Positions 38,799-47,289 of a stretch of DNA of 64,000 nucleotides are shown in pieces. The position numbers and the translations under genes are program-made. The notes beneath the pieces are model-generated. The model worked only from the letters and a program-made list of their open reading frames with translations, was not told the origin of the DNA and ran no database searches. Origin of the DNA: Candidatus Aphodovivens avistercoris (GTDB taxonomy: Bacteria > Actinomycetota > Coriobacteriia > Coriobacteriales > Eggerthellaceae); assembly GCA_018710945.1 (NCBI GenBank), contig DVIW01000010.1:29837-93836 (forward strand), given 5' to 3'. The number at the start of each line of letters is the position of its first letter. Positions within the stretch are counted from its first letter, which is position 1.

Positions 38799-39401
38799 AT
38801 GGCAACGTTGGAGGCGGGAATCGGACGCGACGAGGCGTTCGCGCTGCTCAACCAGCACAACAAGGATCCGTTCCACATTGAGCACGGCCAGGCGGTGGAG
38901 GGCGCCCTGCGCTATTTCGCGCAGGAGTTCGATCCGGAGAACGTGGAGTTCTGGGGCATCGTCGGCCTGCTGCACGACCTGGACTGGGAGGAATTCCCCA
39001 CGCCGGCCGACCACACGCTGCGCGCAGCCGAGATGCTGCGCGACGCGGGCGCCTCGGAGCAGCTGATCCGCTCCATCCAGACGCACAACTCCGACTTCAA
39101 CGAGGCGTGCCCTGCGCCGGAGCTGTTCATGGAGAAGGTGCTGTTCGCCGTGGACGAACTCACCGGGCTCATCGGCGCGGCGGTGGTGATGCGCCCCTCG
39201 AAGAGCGTCATGGATTTCGAGGTGAAGTCGCTGAAGAAGAAGTTCAAGGACAAGCGCTTCGCGGCCGGCTGCTCGCGCGACATCATCCGCAAGGGCGCCG
39301 AGCTGTGCGGCTGGGAGCTCGACGAGCTGTTCGACCGCACCATCCAGGCCATGCGCTCCTTCGCCCCCGACCGCGACACCTTCCAGCCCGTCGCCGAGTA
39401 G
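38799..39401 (+). CDS. HD-domain phosphohydrolase
   Basis: 200 aa with H...HD signature (HIEHGQAV ... GLLHDLDWE) and a downstream metal-ligand pattern typical of small HD hydrolases. Confidence 0.8.
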   Translation: MATLEAGIGRDEAFALLNQHNKDPFHIEHGQAVEGALRYFAQEFDPENVEFWGIVGLLHDLDWEEFPTPADHTLRAAEMLRDAGASEQLIRSIQTHNSDFNEACPAPELFMEKVLFAVDELTGLIGAAVVMRPSKSVMDFEVKSLKKKFKDKRFAAGCSRDIIRKGAELCGWELDELFDRTIQAMRSFAPDRDTFQPVAE

Positions 39402-39438
39402 CGAGCTGCGCTGCCGAGGCGCGCCCCGATGGCCTTCG

Positions 39439-39687
39439 GCAACCCCAACAAACAGCAAAATTGATATTTCGGATCAAAAAACGCGAAAGTTGGGGTTGCA
39501 AAGCTCCAATAAGCGCTGTCTTTGCGTTGCGGAAAGCGCTTCAATCAACAAAACCCCAGGTCGGGAAAATTTCGGCGCGTGCGACTTCCCTTCGTTGGCT
39601 GAAAAATCGGCGTTTGGGTGCCGCTTGCACCCCAAAATTCGTAAAAACCTAGCCGAAATATCAAAAAAGCTGTTTGTTGGGGTTTGC
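39439..39687. repeat. AT-rich ~250-bp element bounded by ~34-nt imperfect inverted repeats (MITE-like or structured RNA)
   Basis: Left arm GCAACCCCAACAAACAGCAAAATTGATATTTCGG (39439-39472). Right arm CCGAAATATCAAAAAAGCTGTTTGTTGGGGTTTGC (39653-39687). They pair as 12 bp, an A4/A4 internal loop, then about 14-18 bp. The element lies in a 620-bp spacer between convergent genes. Confidence 0.5.
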
Positions 39688-39742
39688 GGGAAGCGAAAAA
39701 GCCGAACGTTGGGGTCTGGGCGGCTGGGTTCGCGGGGCTACG

Positions 39743-39831
39743 TTCGCGCGAAGTGGGGGCGGCCTCGCCCGCGTGAAGTTGGGAACCCGGCCGCGCAAGG
39801 TCGGGGGTCCGACGCGCAAGGTTAAGGGGCG
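39743..39831. repeat. four degenerate tandem repeats with core CGCG(N)AAG(G)T(N)GGGG, period ~21-25 nt
   Basis: CGCGCGAAGTGGGGGCGG (39743-), GCGTGAAGTTGGGAACC (39771-), CGCGCAAGGTCGGGGGTCC (39793-) and GACGCGCAAGGTTAAGGGGCG (39811-). Related copies are AAAAAACGCGAAAGTTGGGGTTGC (39476-), AAAAAAGCTGTTTGTTGGGGTTTGC (39663-) and GAAAAAGCCGAACGTTGGGGTCTGG (39695-). Confidence 0.45.
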
Positions 39832-40022
39832 CCTGCGCCCGCGCGTCGGATCCGCGCACGCGCGTCAAACTCGCGTCCGCAGGATCGGCCCTGCGCAGCT
39901 GCGCGGGCGCCTGCGCAGCCAGCCCCGCGCAAAAGTGCGCCCGCACAGCCGCGCCTGCAAGGACGCGTCTGCACGGGCACAGCCATCATGGAAGCGAGCG
40001 CGGGCGCAGGCGCGCTGCGGCG

Positions 40023-40436
40023 TTACTTCGCCACCAGCACGTTGATGGGCGACTCCTGCACCACCGCGTAGCTGACGCTGCCCAGGTAGCCCGCCACGCC
40101 GCCGCGACCGCGGCTGCCCATGATGATGAGGTCGCAGCCCTCGTCCTGCGCGCCGCGGATCAGCACGTCGGCGGGCGAGGTGCCGCGCAGCATCCGCGTC
40201 TCGGCGCGCTCGCCCAACGGCTCCACCAAACGCTGCAGGTCGGCTAGGGTGTTCTGGGCATCCTCGGCGAACATCGCCTCTACGCCGGTGCCGCTGCGCA
40301 CAGGAGGCAGTTTCAGCACGTGCGCGAATACGAACTTCGCCTCGGGATGGTGCTGCGCCATGTCCAGCGCCGCCTCGATGGCGCGCTTCGACGGCTCCGA
40401 CCCGTCATAGGCCACCAATGCTTTCGAAAACCACAT
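40023..40436 (-). CDS. universal stress protein (UspA family)
   Basis: The start at 40436 gives MWFSKALVAYDGSEPSKRAIEAAL.... The C-terminal ATP-binding motif is MGSRGRGGVAGYLGSVS. 137 aa. Confidence 0.85.
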   Translation of the reverse strand: MWFSKALVAYDGSEPSKRAIEAALDMAQHHPEAKFVFAHVLKLPPVRSGTGVEAMFAEDAQNTLADLQRLVEPLGERAETRMLRGTSPADVLIRGAQDEGCDLIIMGSRGRGGVAGYLGSVSYAVVQESPINVLVAK

Positions 40437-40586
40437 GGGGAACCTCCTTCTCGCCTGCCGCACCCGCCGCCTGCTTGGAGTCAGCTGCCGGATGCGCATG
40501 GCGGGCTTCCGCCCTCCCTTTCCGTTGCAGGGCCATTGTACGGCATGGAAGGGGCGCGCGGGGCCGGATCCGTCGTGCAGCTTGCA

Positions 40587-40701
40587 GCTCCCGCGCATCC
40601 GCCCGCCGCCCGCGGCTCCCGCGCGCCTCCGCTCCGCGGCTCGCGGCTCCCGCGCATCCGCCCGCCGCCCGCGGCTCCCGCGCGCCTCCGCTCCGCAGCT
40701 C
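40587..40701. repeat. 59-bp tandem duplication (about 1.9 copies) in the usp upstream region
   Basis: GCTCCCGCGCATCCGCCCGCCGCCCGCGGCTCCCGCGCGCCTCCGCTCCGC at 40587 recurs exactly from 40646 (51 identical nt) and then diverges. Confidence 0.85.
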
Positions 40702-40733
40702 ACAGCCCGCGCCCGCTGCCGCCGCGTCGTCCG

Positions 40734-42062
40734 CTACCCGTTCTGCGCGAGCAGCTTGCGCATGGCACCGCCCGCGCGCCCCACGAACAGGTAGATGCCG
40801 AATGCCACCAATGACAGCCCCGCCATGGAAAGGAACAGCCCGCGGTAGCCCCAGAACGGCTCGACGATGCCCAGGATCAGCGGCCCTACGCCCACGCCCA
40901 CGTCCAGCAGCGCGTAGAACGTGGAGTTCGCCAGGCTCAGCTTCTCGGGCGGGGCCATGCGCACCGCCAGCGCCAGCGCGCTGGACTGCACCGTGCCCGC
41001 GCCGTACCCCAGAAGCGCCGCCGCCACCAGCATGGCTGCCGGATGGTGCACGCTGGACAGCAGCGCCATGCCGATGGCGAACGCGATGAACGCAGGCACC
41101 ATCACCACGCGGTCGCCGCTGCGGTCGAACTGCTTGCCGGTGAAGGGGCGCGTGACGAAGGTGGCCGCCGCATAGGCGACGAAGAAGAAGCTGGAGGCGG
41201 TCTGCAGCCCGTTTTCCTCCGCGAAGGGCGTGAGGAAGGTCAGCAGGCTGGAGTAGCAGAAGAACAGCACGCCGCACACGACGCCCACCGACACGGCGGA
41301 CGGCTCGATGAGCTGCGCCATCACGCCGCCTGTGGGCTTGCGCCGCGCCGCGCCCTCTGCGCTCGGGGCCGCTTCAGCCGCGCCGTCGGCCGTCCCGGCC
41401 GTGTCAGCCGCCGTCCGCGCGCGCTTGCGCATCTCGGGCACCTTCAGCGACACGATGGCCGCAAGCCCCACCACCGCCACCGCGGCCGCCGTGCCGAACA
41501 GCACCGGGTAGCCCACGTTCTGCGACAGGAACATGCCCAGAAACGGCCCGATGGCCGCGCCCAGCGTGGTGGACAGCATGTAGTAGCCCACGCCCTCGCC
41601 CTTGCGGTTGGCGGGCACCAGTGCCGTGACCACCGTGCCGATGGTGGTGGAGCAGCAGCCGTAGGCGAACCCGTGCGCCAGGCGCAACGCGAACAGCGGC
41701 AGAAAGCCGATGTCCAGCAGGTACAGCGCCGAGCACGCCACCTCGACGGCGATGCCGGCCAGAAGGATGCGCTTGCGCCCCACGCGGTCCATCACGCTGC
41801 CCGCGATGATGCGCGCCACCAGCGCGCCGATGATGAAGATGCTGGCCGCAAGCCCGGCGGCCGAGGCGGGCGCGTCGTACACCTTCATGGAGTAGTTGGT
41901 GATGACCACCATCAGGCTGTAGTAGTTCACCATCAGCAGGAAGTTGATCATCGTTCCCAGCAGGAAATCCTTAGTCCACAGCTTGTCGGATGCCCCCGCT
42001 CCGCTGCGGGCGGCGGGGCGGGGGCTGCGGTTGCCCTCGGCGGCGTTCTGGCTTCCCTCCAT
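40734..42062 (-). CDS. MFS transporter
   Basis: 442 aa with about 12 hydrophobic segments. MFS motif A is GSVMDRVGRKRIL. The start codon lies 1 nt from the stop of the upstream usp gene. Confidence 0.85.
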   Translation of the reverse strand: MEGSQNAAEGNRSPRPAARSGAGASDKLWTKDFLLGTMINFLLMVNYYSLMVVITNYSMKVYDAPASAAGLAASIFIIGALVARIIAGSVMDRVGRKRILLAGIAVEVACSALYLLDIGFLPLFALRLAHGFAYGCCSTTIGTVVTALVPANRKGEGVGYYMLSTTLGAAIGPFLGMFLSQNVGYPVLFGTAAAVAVVGLAAIVSLKVPEMRKRARTAADTAGTADGAAEAAPSAEGAARRKPTGGVMAQLIEPSAVSVGVVCGVLFFCYSSLLTFLTPFAEENGLQTASSFFFVAYAAATFVTRPFTGKQFDRSGDRVVMVPAFIAFAIGMALLSSVHHPAAMLVAAALLGYGAGTVQSSALALAVRMAPPEKLSLANSTFYALLDVGVGVGPLILGIVEPFWGYRGLFLSMAGLSLVAFGIYLFVGRAGGAMRKLLAQNG

Positions 42063-42063
42063 G

Positions 42064-42498
42064 CTAGCCGACCATCCCGTCCGCGCCGTTGTCCTTCGTG
42101 ATGAGCACGGCGATGGGCGAGCCCTGCACCACGGCGTAGCTCACGCTGCCCAGATACCCCTTCACGCCGCCGCGCCCGCGGCTGCCCATGAGAATGAGGT
42201 CGCAGCCCTCGTTCTTCGCGCAGCGGATGATCAGCTCCGCCGGCGCCGACCCGCGCAGCAGCTTCACCTGGGCGCGCCCGCCAAGGTCCGCCACCATTCC
42301 GCGCAGCGTCTCAAGCGTTTCGTTCGCGTCGTCTATCAGCACGTTCTCGGCGCCGGCGCCCATCGCGTAGATCTTCATCACGTGGACGAACACGAACTCC
42401 ACCGAGGGCTCTTCCTCGGCGATGGACCGCGCCAGCTCCACCGCCTTGCGCGATGCCGCCGAACCGTCGAACGCCACCAGCGCCTTCTTGCACCACAT
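42064..42498 (-). CDS. universal stress protein (UspA family)
   Basis: MWCKKALVAFDGSAASRKAVELARSIA... with MGSRGRGGVKGYLGSVS. 144 aa. It is a paralogue of 40023-40436. Confidence 0.85.
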   Translation of the reverse strand: MWCKKALVAFDGSAASRKAVELARSIAEEEPSVEFVFVHVMKIYAMGAGAENVLIDDANETLETLRGMVADLGGRAQVKLLRGSAPAELIIRCAKNEGCDLILMGSRGRGGVKGYLGSVSYAVVQGSPIAVLITKDNGADGMVG

Positions 42499-42745
42499 GC
42501 CGCAACCACGACCTTTCCTGTTCCTAGCGGTTTTCAGGCCCCGGCCGCAAACGGGCCAAGGCCGCGAGCGATTGTAGCCCCGCCTTCGTTGCCAAAGGGA
42601 AAACGAAACGGCATCTTCAAAAACGCCGTGCGCCCGCGTTCGTCGCCTTCCTTATAAATAGGTGCGGAAGCAGATGCGGAAAAGGACGTGAGGGGCAGAT
42701 GCGGCGGATGAGGAACGCTCCGCCGTCCGCGCAACGCCGTGCGTT

Positions 42746-42774
42746 TGACCCGCGTTCCGCATCCGGTTACAATA
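42746..42774 (+). promoter_or_regulatory. near-consensus sigma-70 promoter of the tRNA cluster
   Basis: TTGACC (42746-42751), a 17-nt spacer, then TACAAT (42769-42774), about 45 nt upstream of tRNA-Lys. Confidence 0.6.
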
Positions 42775-42817
42775 GCGAACTGCCCATTCTCGCGAGAGGG
42801 CGGGCGCTTGCAGCAGT

Positions 42818-42893
42818 GGGCCGTTAGCTCAGTCGGTAGAGCAGGGGACTTTTAATCCCAAGGTCGCGGGTTCGATTCCCTCACGGCCCACCA
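42818..42893 (+). tRNA. tRNA-Lys (anticodon UUU)
   Basis: GGGCCGTTAGCTCAGTCGGTAGAGCAGGGGACTTTTAATCCCAAGGTCGCGGGTTCGATTCCCTCACGGCCCACCA folds as a cloverleaf. The 7-bp acceptor stem is perfect, the anticodon loop is CTTTTAA and CCA is encoded. There is one C-U mismatch in the T stem and one G-A at 27-43. Confidence 0.88.
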
Positions 42894-42957
42894 CGAAAAG
42901 CGCGCCGCGCGAGGCGTCCCGGCATCCCGGGGCGGTGCGGAAGGGGCATCCCGACGC

Positions 42958-43031
42958 TGGGCCATCGTCCAACGGCAGGACTCTGGTTTTTGGTGCCAGC
43001 TATCTAGGTTCGAATCCTAGTGGCCCAGCCA
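42958..43031 (+). tRNA. tRNA-Gln (anticodon UUG)
   Basis: TGGGCCATCGTCCAACGGCAGGACTCTGGTTTTTGGTGCCAGCTATCTAGGTTCGAATCCTAGTGGCCCAGCCA has all four stems paired. U1-A72 and G73 are typical of bacterial tRNA-Gln. The anticodon loop is TTTTGGT and CCA is encoded. Confidence 0.92.
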
Positions 43032-43032
43032 C

Positions 43033-43385
43033 ATGGCTGGTAACAGCGCAAGCGGGGAAAGGCTGCATCATCGGGGAGCTGGATTCGAACCGATGAGGTC
43101 GAAACGCGTTAAGAAAGCATGCCAATGGCATGTTTTTAGCGTTTCGTCCGACCGAGCTTGCGAGGGAGGGGTGCGGATTCGCGCAAGCGAATACGCGGAT
43201 CCTCGCGGCCCAGCCATCCTATCGGGGGTGCGGCGCCGGGGCGTCGCATGAAAGGCCGACAAGGCGGCCGCGCGCAAGCGCGAATACCTGGCGGCTTCCG
43301 CATCGCACGGAAGCTGCGCGGCATCCAGCCGCACGCCTGGCAAGCAGGTATTTTCAAAACCGACCCGTGGTTTTGTCGGTTTTCT
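43033..43385 (+). ncRNA. candidate structured noncoding RNA, unclassified
   Basis: There is no credible ORF. Elements present: a tmRNA-like 5' string GGGGAGCTGGATTCGAAC (43073-43090); the long hairpin GGTCGAAACGC...GCATGCCAATGGCATG...GCGTTTCGTCCGACC (43097-43154); GCAA-capped hairpins at 43173-43196 and 43269-43282; the hairpin GCTTCCG/CGGAAGC (43294-43314); and an AT-rich hairpin with T-run at 43356-43383. It lies between the tRNA promoter and the infA promoter region. Confidence 0.3.
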
Positions 43386-43484
43386 GCGCCCGTGTGTGTT
43401 TTTTCCCACTCATGCTTCCCTTTTGCTAAAATCTATGGTTGCTGCAAAGTGTGCAGCACGGAAGGTACGCAAGAAGGAGCGCTT

Positions 43485-43703
43485 TTGAGCAAGGAAGATG
43501 TCATCGAGCTTCAGGGGACGGTCCTGGAAGCTTTGCCGAACGCAATGTTCCGAGTCGAGCTCGAGAACGGCCACAAGATCCTGGCCCACATTTCCGGGAA
43601 GATGAGGATGCACTATATCAAGATCCTCCCGGGCGACAAGGTGACGGTGGAGCTGTCGGTGTACGACTTGAACCGCGGCCGCATCACCTACCGTTTCAAG
43701 TAA
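43485..43703 (+). CDS. infA: translation initiation factor IF-1
   Basis: TTG start preceded by AAGAAGGAG. (M)[71 protein letters not shown]. Confidence 0.93.
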   Translation: MSKEDVIELQGTVLEALPNAMFRVELENGHKILAHISGKMRMHYIKILPGDKVTVELSVYDLNRGRITYRFK

Positions 43704-43847
43704 CCCGAAACGAACCGCGGCGCATGCCGCGCCCTGCAAGCCGAAGCGGGGCTGCTGCGGCCGGAAGGCCGCCCCAAACAAGAAGATTATCGTCTGCGGC
43801 TGGGCGTGTAGATAAGTTGAGAACGCATTCACCGAAAGGAAATGGAT

Positions 43848-43961
43848 ATGAAGGTACGTCCTTCGGTCAAGAAAATGTGCGACAAGTGCAAGATCATCCG
43901 ACGCCATGGCAAGGTGCTCGTCATCTGCGAGAACCCGCGCCACAAGCAGCGTCAGGGCTAA
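43848..43961 (+). CDS. rpmJ: 50S ribosomal protein L36
   Basis: Read directly as [37 protein letters not shown]-stop. At 37 aa it is below the ORF-track cutoff. Confidence 0.93.
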   Translation: MKVRPSVKKMCDKCKIIRRHGKVLVICENPRHKQRQG

Positions 43962-43981
43962 GAAGGAAGGGATAAGTAGCA

Positions 43982-44350
43982 ATGGCACGTCTTGTTGGTG
44001 TCGATCTTCCTCGCAATAAGCGCATCGAGATCGCCTTGACCTACATCTACGGCATCGGCCTGACCACCTCTAAGAAGATTCTGGCCGAGACCGGTATCAA
44101 CCCCGACACGCGCTCCGACGACCTCACCGAGGAAGAGCTCGTGAAGCTGCGCGACTACATCCAGGCCAACCTCACCGTCGAGGGCGACCTGCGTCGCGAC
44201 GTGCAGCAGAACGTGAAGCGCCTCATGGAGATCGGCTGCTACCGTGGCCTGCGTCACCGTCGCGGCCTGCCCGTTCGCGGTCAGCGCACGCACACGAACG
44301 CCCGCACCCGCAAGGGTCCGCGCAAGCAAATCGGCGGCAAGAAGAAGTAG
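43982..44350 (+). CDS. rpsM: 30S ribosomal protein S13
   Basis: [26 protein letters not shown]... 122 aa, in conserved operon position. Confidence 0.97.
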   Translation: MARLVGVDLPRNKRIEIALTYIYGIGLTTSKKILAETGINPDTRSDDLTEEELVKLRDYIQANLTVEGDLRRDVQQNVKRLMEIGCYRGLRHRRGLPVRGQRTHTNARTRKGPRKQIGGKKK

Positions 44351-44363
44351 TGAGGTAGCGTAA

Positions 44364-44762
44364 ATGGCTCAGAAGAAAAACGTGCGCACGCGCATCAAGC
44401 GTTCCGAGCGTAAGAACATCGCCGCTGGCGCCGCGCATATCAAGTCCACGTTCAACAACACCATCGTCAGCATCACCGATCCTCAGGGCAACGTGATCGC
44501 GTGGCAGTCTGCCGGCACCGTCGGCTTCAAGGGCTCCCGCAAGTCCACGCCGTTCGCCGCGCAGATGGCCGCCGAGGCCGCTGCCAAGACGGCCATGGAG
44601 CACGGCCTGCGCAAGGTCGCCGTGTTCGTGAAGGGCCCCGGCTCTGGCCGCGAGACGGCCATCCGCTCGCTGCAGGCCGCCGGTCTGGAGGTCTCCAGCA
44701 TTCAAGACTGCACTCCCATTCCGCACAACGGTTGCCGTCCGCGCAAGCGTCGTCGCGTGTAA
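44364..44762 (+). CDS. rpsK: 30S ribosomal protein S11
   Basis: ...[46 protein letters not shown]... 132 aa. Confidence 0.97.
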   Translation: MAQKKNVRTRIKRSERKNIAAGAAHIKSTFNNTIVSITDPQGNVIAWQSAGTVGFKGSRKSTPFAAQMAAEAAAKTAMEHGLRKVAVFVKGPGSGRETAIRSLQAAGLEVSSIQDCTPIPHNGCRPRKRRRV

Positions 44763-44780
44763 CTGAAAGGATCGAACATT

Positions 44781-45410
44781 ATGGCTCGTTATACTGGAGC
44801 TGACTGCCGGCTGTGCCGCCGCGAGGGCGCGAAGCTGTTCCTCAAGGGCGACCGCTGCTACACCGATAAGTGCGCCATGGAGCGCCGCGCGTACGCCCCC
44901 GGCGAGGCCGGCCGCAAGCGCGTGAAGGAAAACGAATACCTGCTGCAGCTGCGTGAGAAGCAGAAGACCAAGCGCATCTACGGCGTGCTGGAGAAGCAGT
45001 TCCGCGCGTACTACGACATCGCGTCCCGCAAGCAGGGCATCACCGGCGAGAACCTCCTGCGCATTCTGGAGAGCCGCCTGGACAACGTCGTGTACCGCCT
45101 GGGCTTCGCGAAGTCTCGCGCCGAGGCCCGTCAGCAGGTGCGTCACGGGCACATCCATGTGAACGGCCGTCGCGTGGACATTCCGTCGTTCCGCGTGCGC
45201 CCCGGCGACCTGATCTCGGTGGCCCCCAAGGCCAAGGAGATGCTGGTCATCAAGAGCGCGCTCATCAGCAACGAGCGCGTGCAGGTTCCTGCCTGGCTCG
45301 AGGTTGACATCGAGAAGCTGCAGGGCAGCGTTCTGAATCTCCCGCAGCGCGATCAGATCGATCTGGACATTCGCGAGCAGCTCATCGTCGAACTGTACTC
45401 GAAGAACTAA
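44781..45410 (+). CDS. rpsD: 30S ribosomal protein S4
   Basis: [32 protein letters not shown]... 209 aa. Confidence 0.97.
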   Translation: MARYTGADCRLCRREGAKLFLKGDRCYTDKCAMERRAYAPGEAGRKRVKENEYLLQLREKQKTKRIYGVLEKQFRAYYDIASRKQGITGENLLRILESRLDNVVYRLGFAKSRAEARQQVRHGHIHVNGRRVDIPSFRVRPGDLISVAPKAKEMLVIKSALISNERVQVPAWLEVDIEKLQGSVLNLPQRDQIDLDIREQLIVELYSKN

Positions 45411-45439
45411 TCGCCGCGCAGTAAGGAGGCTTGCACAAC

Positions 45440-46390
45440 ATGACAGAGTTCATGAGGCCGACGGTAGCCACGGAAGAGGTCAGCGATACCGTAGCGCGTT
45501 TCATTGTGGAGCCGCTGGAGCGTGGGTTCGGTTACACGCTCGGCAACTGCATGCGCCGCGTGCTCCTCTCGTCGCTTGACGGCGCGAGGGCCACGGCGAT
45601 CCAGATCGAGGGCGTGCAGCACGAGTTCACCACCGCCGAGGGCGTTATCGAGGACATCACCGACATCGTCCTGAACGTGAAGGGGCTTGTGTTCTCCGCG
45701 CTCAACGACGATGTGGAAGAGGCCACCGCCCACGTGCTGGCCGAGGGTCCGTGCACGGTGACGGGTGCCGATTTGGAGGTGCCCACCGAGTTCACGCTGG
45801 TCAACCCGGAGCACGTCATCGCCACGGTCGCCGACGGCGGCACGCTGGACATGACGATCCGCATCGGCGTGGGCCGCGGCTACGTGTCTGCCGAGCGCAA
45901 CAAGCGCACCGAGGATCCCATCGGCGTCATCCACGTCGATTCGCTGTTCTCGCCCGTGCGCCGTTGCGTGCCCGACGTGACGGACACGCGCGTCGGCCAG
46001 CGCACCGACTACGACAAGCTTCTGCTGGAGGTTGAGACCGACGGCAGCGTCACGCCCACCGATGCCGTGTGCCGCGCCGCCAACATCATCAACCAGTACA
46101 TGGGCGCGTTCCTGGGCCTGTCCGAAGCGGCGGGCGACGAAGAGGGCGAAGTGCCGTCCATCTTCGCTCCCGAGGGCCAGGAGACCAACGCCGAGCTTGA
46201 CAAGCAGATCGAGGATCTGGATCTGTCGGTTCGTTCGTACAACTGCCTGAAGCGCGCCGGCATTCATTCCGTGCGCCAGCTGGTCGAGTTCTCCGAGAAC
46301 GATCTGCTGAACATCAGGAACTTTGGTGCGAAGTCCATCGAGGAAGTGAAGGACAAGCTCATTTCCATGGACCTCAACTTGAAGCAATAG
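45440..46390 (+). CDS. rpoA: DNA-directed RNA polymerase subunit alpha
   Basis: ATG 45440 lies 10 nt after TAAGGAGG (the ORF also opens at TTG 45431). ...FIVEPLERGFGYTLGNCMRRVLLSSL..., and the C-terminal domain DLSVRSYNCLKRAGIHSVRQL. Confidence 0.95.
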   Translation: MTEFMRPTVATEEVSDTVARFIVEPLERGFGYTLGNCMRRVLLSSLDGARATAIQIEGVQHEFTTAEGVIEDITDIVLNVKGLVFSALNDDVEEATAHVLAEGPCTVTGADLEVPTEFTLVNPEHVIATVADGGTLDMTIRIGVGRGYVSAERNKRTEDPIGVIHVDSLFSPVRRCVPDVTDTRVGQRTDYDKLLLEVETDGSVTPTDAVCRAANIINQYMGAFLGLSEAAGDEEGEVPSIFAPEGQETNAELDKQIEDLDLSVRSYNCLKRAGIHSVRQLVEFSENDLLNIRNFGAKSIEEVKDKLISMDLNLKQ

Positions 46391-46403
46391 GAGACGCTAG
46401 ATC

Positions 46404-46988
46404 ATGAGACATTACAAGAAGGGGCGCAAGCTGGGCACTGACAAGAGCCACACCAAGGCTATGAAGCGCAGCCTGGTCACCGCTCTGCTGGAGAACGACC
46501 GCATCAAGACGATCGAGTCCCGCGCCAAGGAGATCCGCCCCGACGTTGACAAGATCATCACCTGGGCGAAGAAGGGCGACCTGCACTCTCGTCGTCTGGC
46601 TATTGCCGCGCTGGGCGGCAACAAGGAGCTGGTCCGCGAGGTCTTCGAGAAGGTCGCGCAGGGCATGTTCCAGGACCGTCAGGGCGGCTACACCCGCATC
46701 ATGAAGCTGGGCTTCCGCAAGGGCGACAACGCTCCCATGGTCATCATGGAGCTGTGCACCGAGCCCGTGCAGAAGAAGGCCGACAAGGCCGACGAGAAAC
46801 CGGCTGCCAAGGCCGCCAAGAAGGCCGAGCCGAAGAAGGTCGAGGCTGCCGAGGAGGCCGCTGAGGCTGAGGAGGCTAAGGCCGAGGAAGCCGCCGAGGC
46901 TGCCGAGGCTGAGGCTGAGCCCGCCCCTGAGGCGGAGGCCGAGGCTGAGCCCGCTGCCGAGGAGGCCGAGGAGAAGAAGGCCGAGTAG
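46404..46988 (+). CDS. rplQ: 50S ribosomal protein L17 with acidic Ala/Glu-rich C-terminal extension
   Basis: MRHYKKGRKLGTDKSHTKAMKRSLVTALLENDRIKT... is the L17 core of about 120 aa. About 70 aa of A/E/K low-complexity sequence follows. Confidence 0.95.
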   Translation: MRHYKKGRKLGTDKSHTKAMKRSLVTALLENDRIKTIESRAKEIRPDVDKIITWAKKGDLHSRRLAIAALGGNKELVREVFEKVAQGMFQDRQGGYTRIMKLGFRKGDNAPMVIMELCTEPVQKKADKADEKPAAKAAKKAEPKKVEAAEEAAEAEEAKAEEAAEAAEAEAEPAPEAEAEAEPAAEEAEEKKAE

Positions 46989-47016
46989 CCTTCCGTCTCC
47001 GGCTTGACGCGTTATG

Positions 47017-47049
47017 AAGCCCCGATGGGATTTCCCGTCGGGGCTTTTT
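47017..47049 (+). terminator. intrinsic terminator after rplQ
   Basis: AAGCCCCGA (47017-47025) pairs with TCGGGGCTT (47038-47046) and is followed by TTTTT. Confidence 0.6.
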
Positions 47050-47289
47050 CGCGTTTGGGGGCGCGGTCGCGGCGGCAGGCGAGGGCGGTGGCGAGCGAGC
47101 AAGGTGCGGCGTTTCGGCTGGGGCGTAGCGGCGGGCGCGGCGTGGCTGGCGAAGCGGTTGGGGTCGTGGTGCGACGCGCGCGGCGTGCGGAGCGCGTAGT
47201 CGCGCCAGCAGTGCGCGCGGGTCGTGCGGAAAGCGCGCAGGTCAGGCCAAGAGGGCGCCGGCGTGCGGCGGATGTGGCATACTGGCCGC

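Noticed and set aside
35734-39401. Metallophosphoesterase / DUF2510 / exporter / HD block as a defence or toxin-antitoxin system
   Set aside because: The genes are on different strands with separate terminators. No nuclease, ATPase, methylase, reverse transcriptase or small antitoxin-like partner is present. Nothing beyond proximity links them.
39695-39835. CRISPR array
   Set aside because: The repeats are short, degenerate and contiguous with no uniform spacers. There is no conserved ~28-37-nt repeat and there are no cas genes in the window.
43060-43100. Minus-strand tRNA or tRNA 3' fragment marking an integration (att) site
   Set aside because: Read on the minus strand, the T-loop TTCGAAT is present but the T stem (ATCGG/CCAGC) does not pair and no cloverleaf can be built. 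The fragment matches neither adjacent tRNA 3' end. No integrase or direct repeat is nearby.
43073-43385. tmRNA (ssrA) gene, suggested by the 5' string GGGGAGCTGGATTCGAAC
   Set aside because: No matching 3' T-arm (GGTTCGA...) or GCTCCCC-ACCA acceptor complement occurs downstream on the + strand. No tag-like reading frame ending in ...AA-stop was found. The spacing between the acceptor strand and GGATTCGA is shorter than in tmRNAs I know. The region is kept only as an unclassified structured region.
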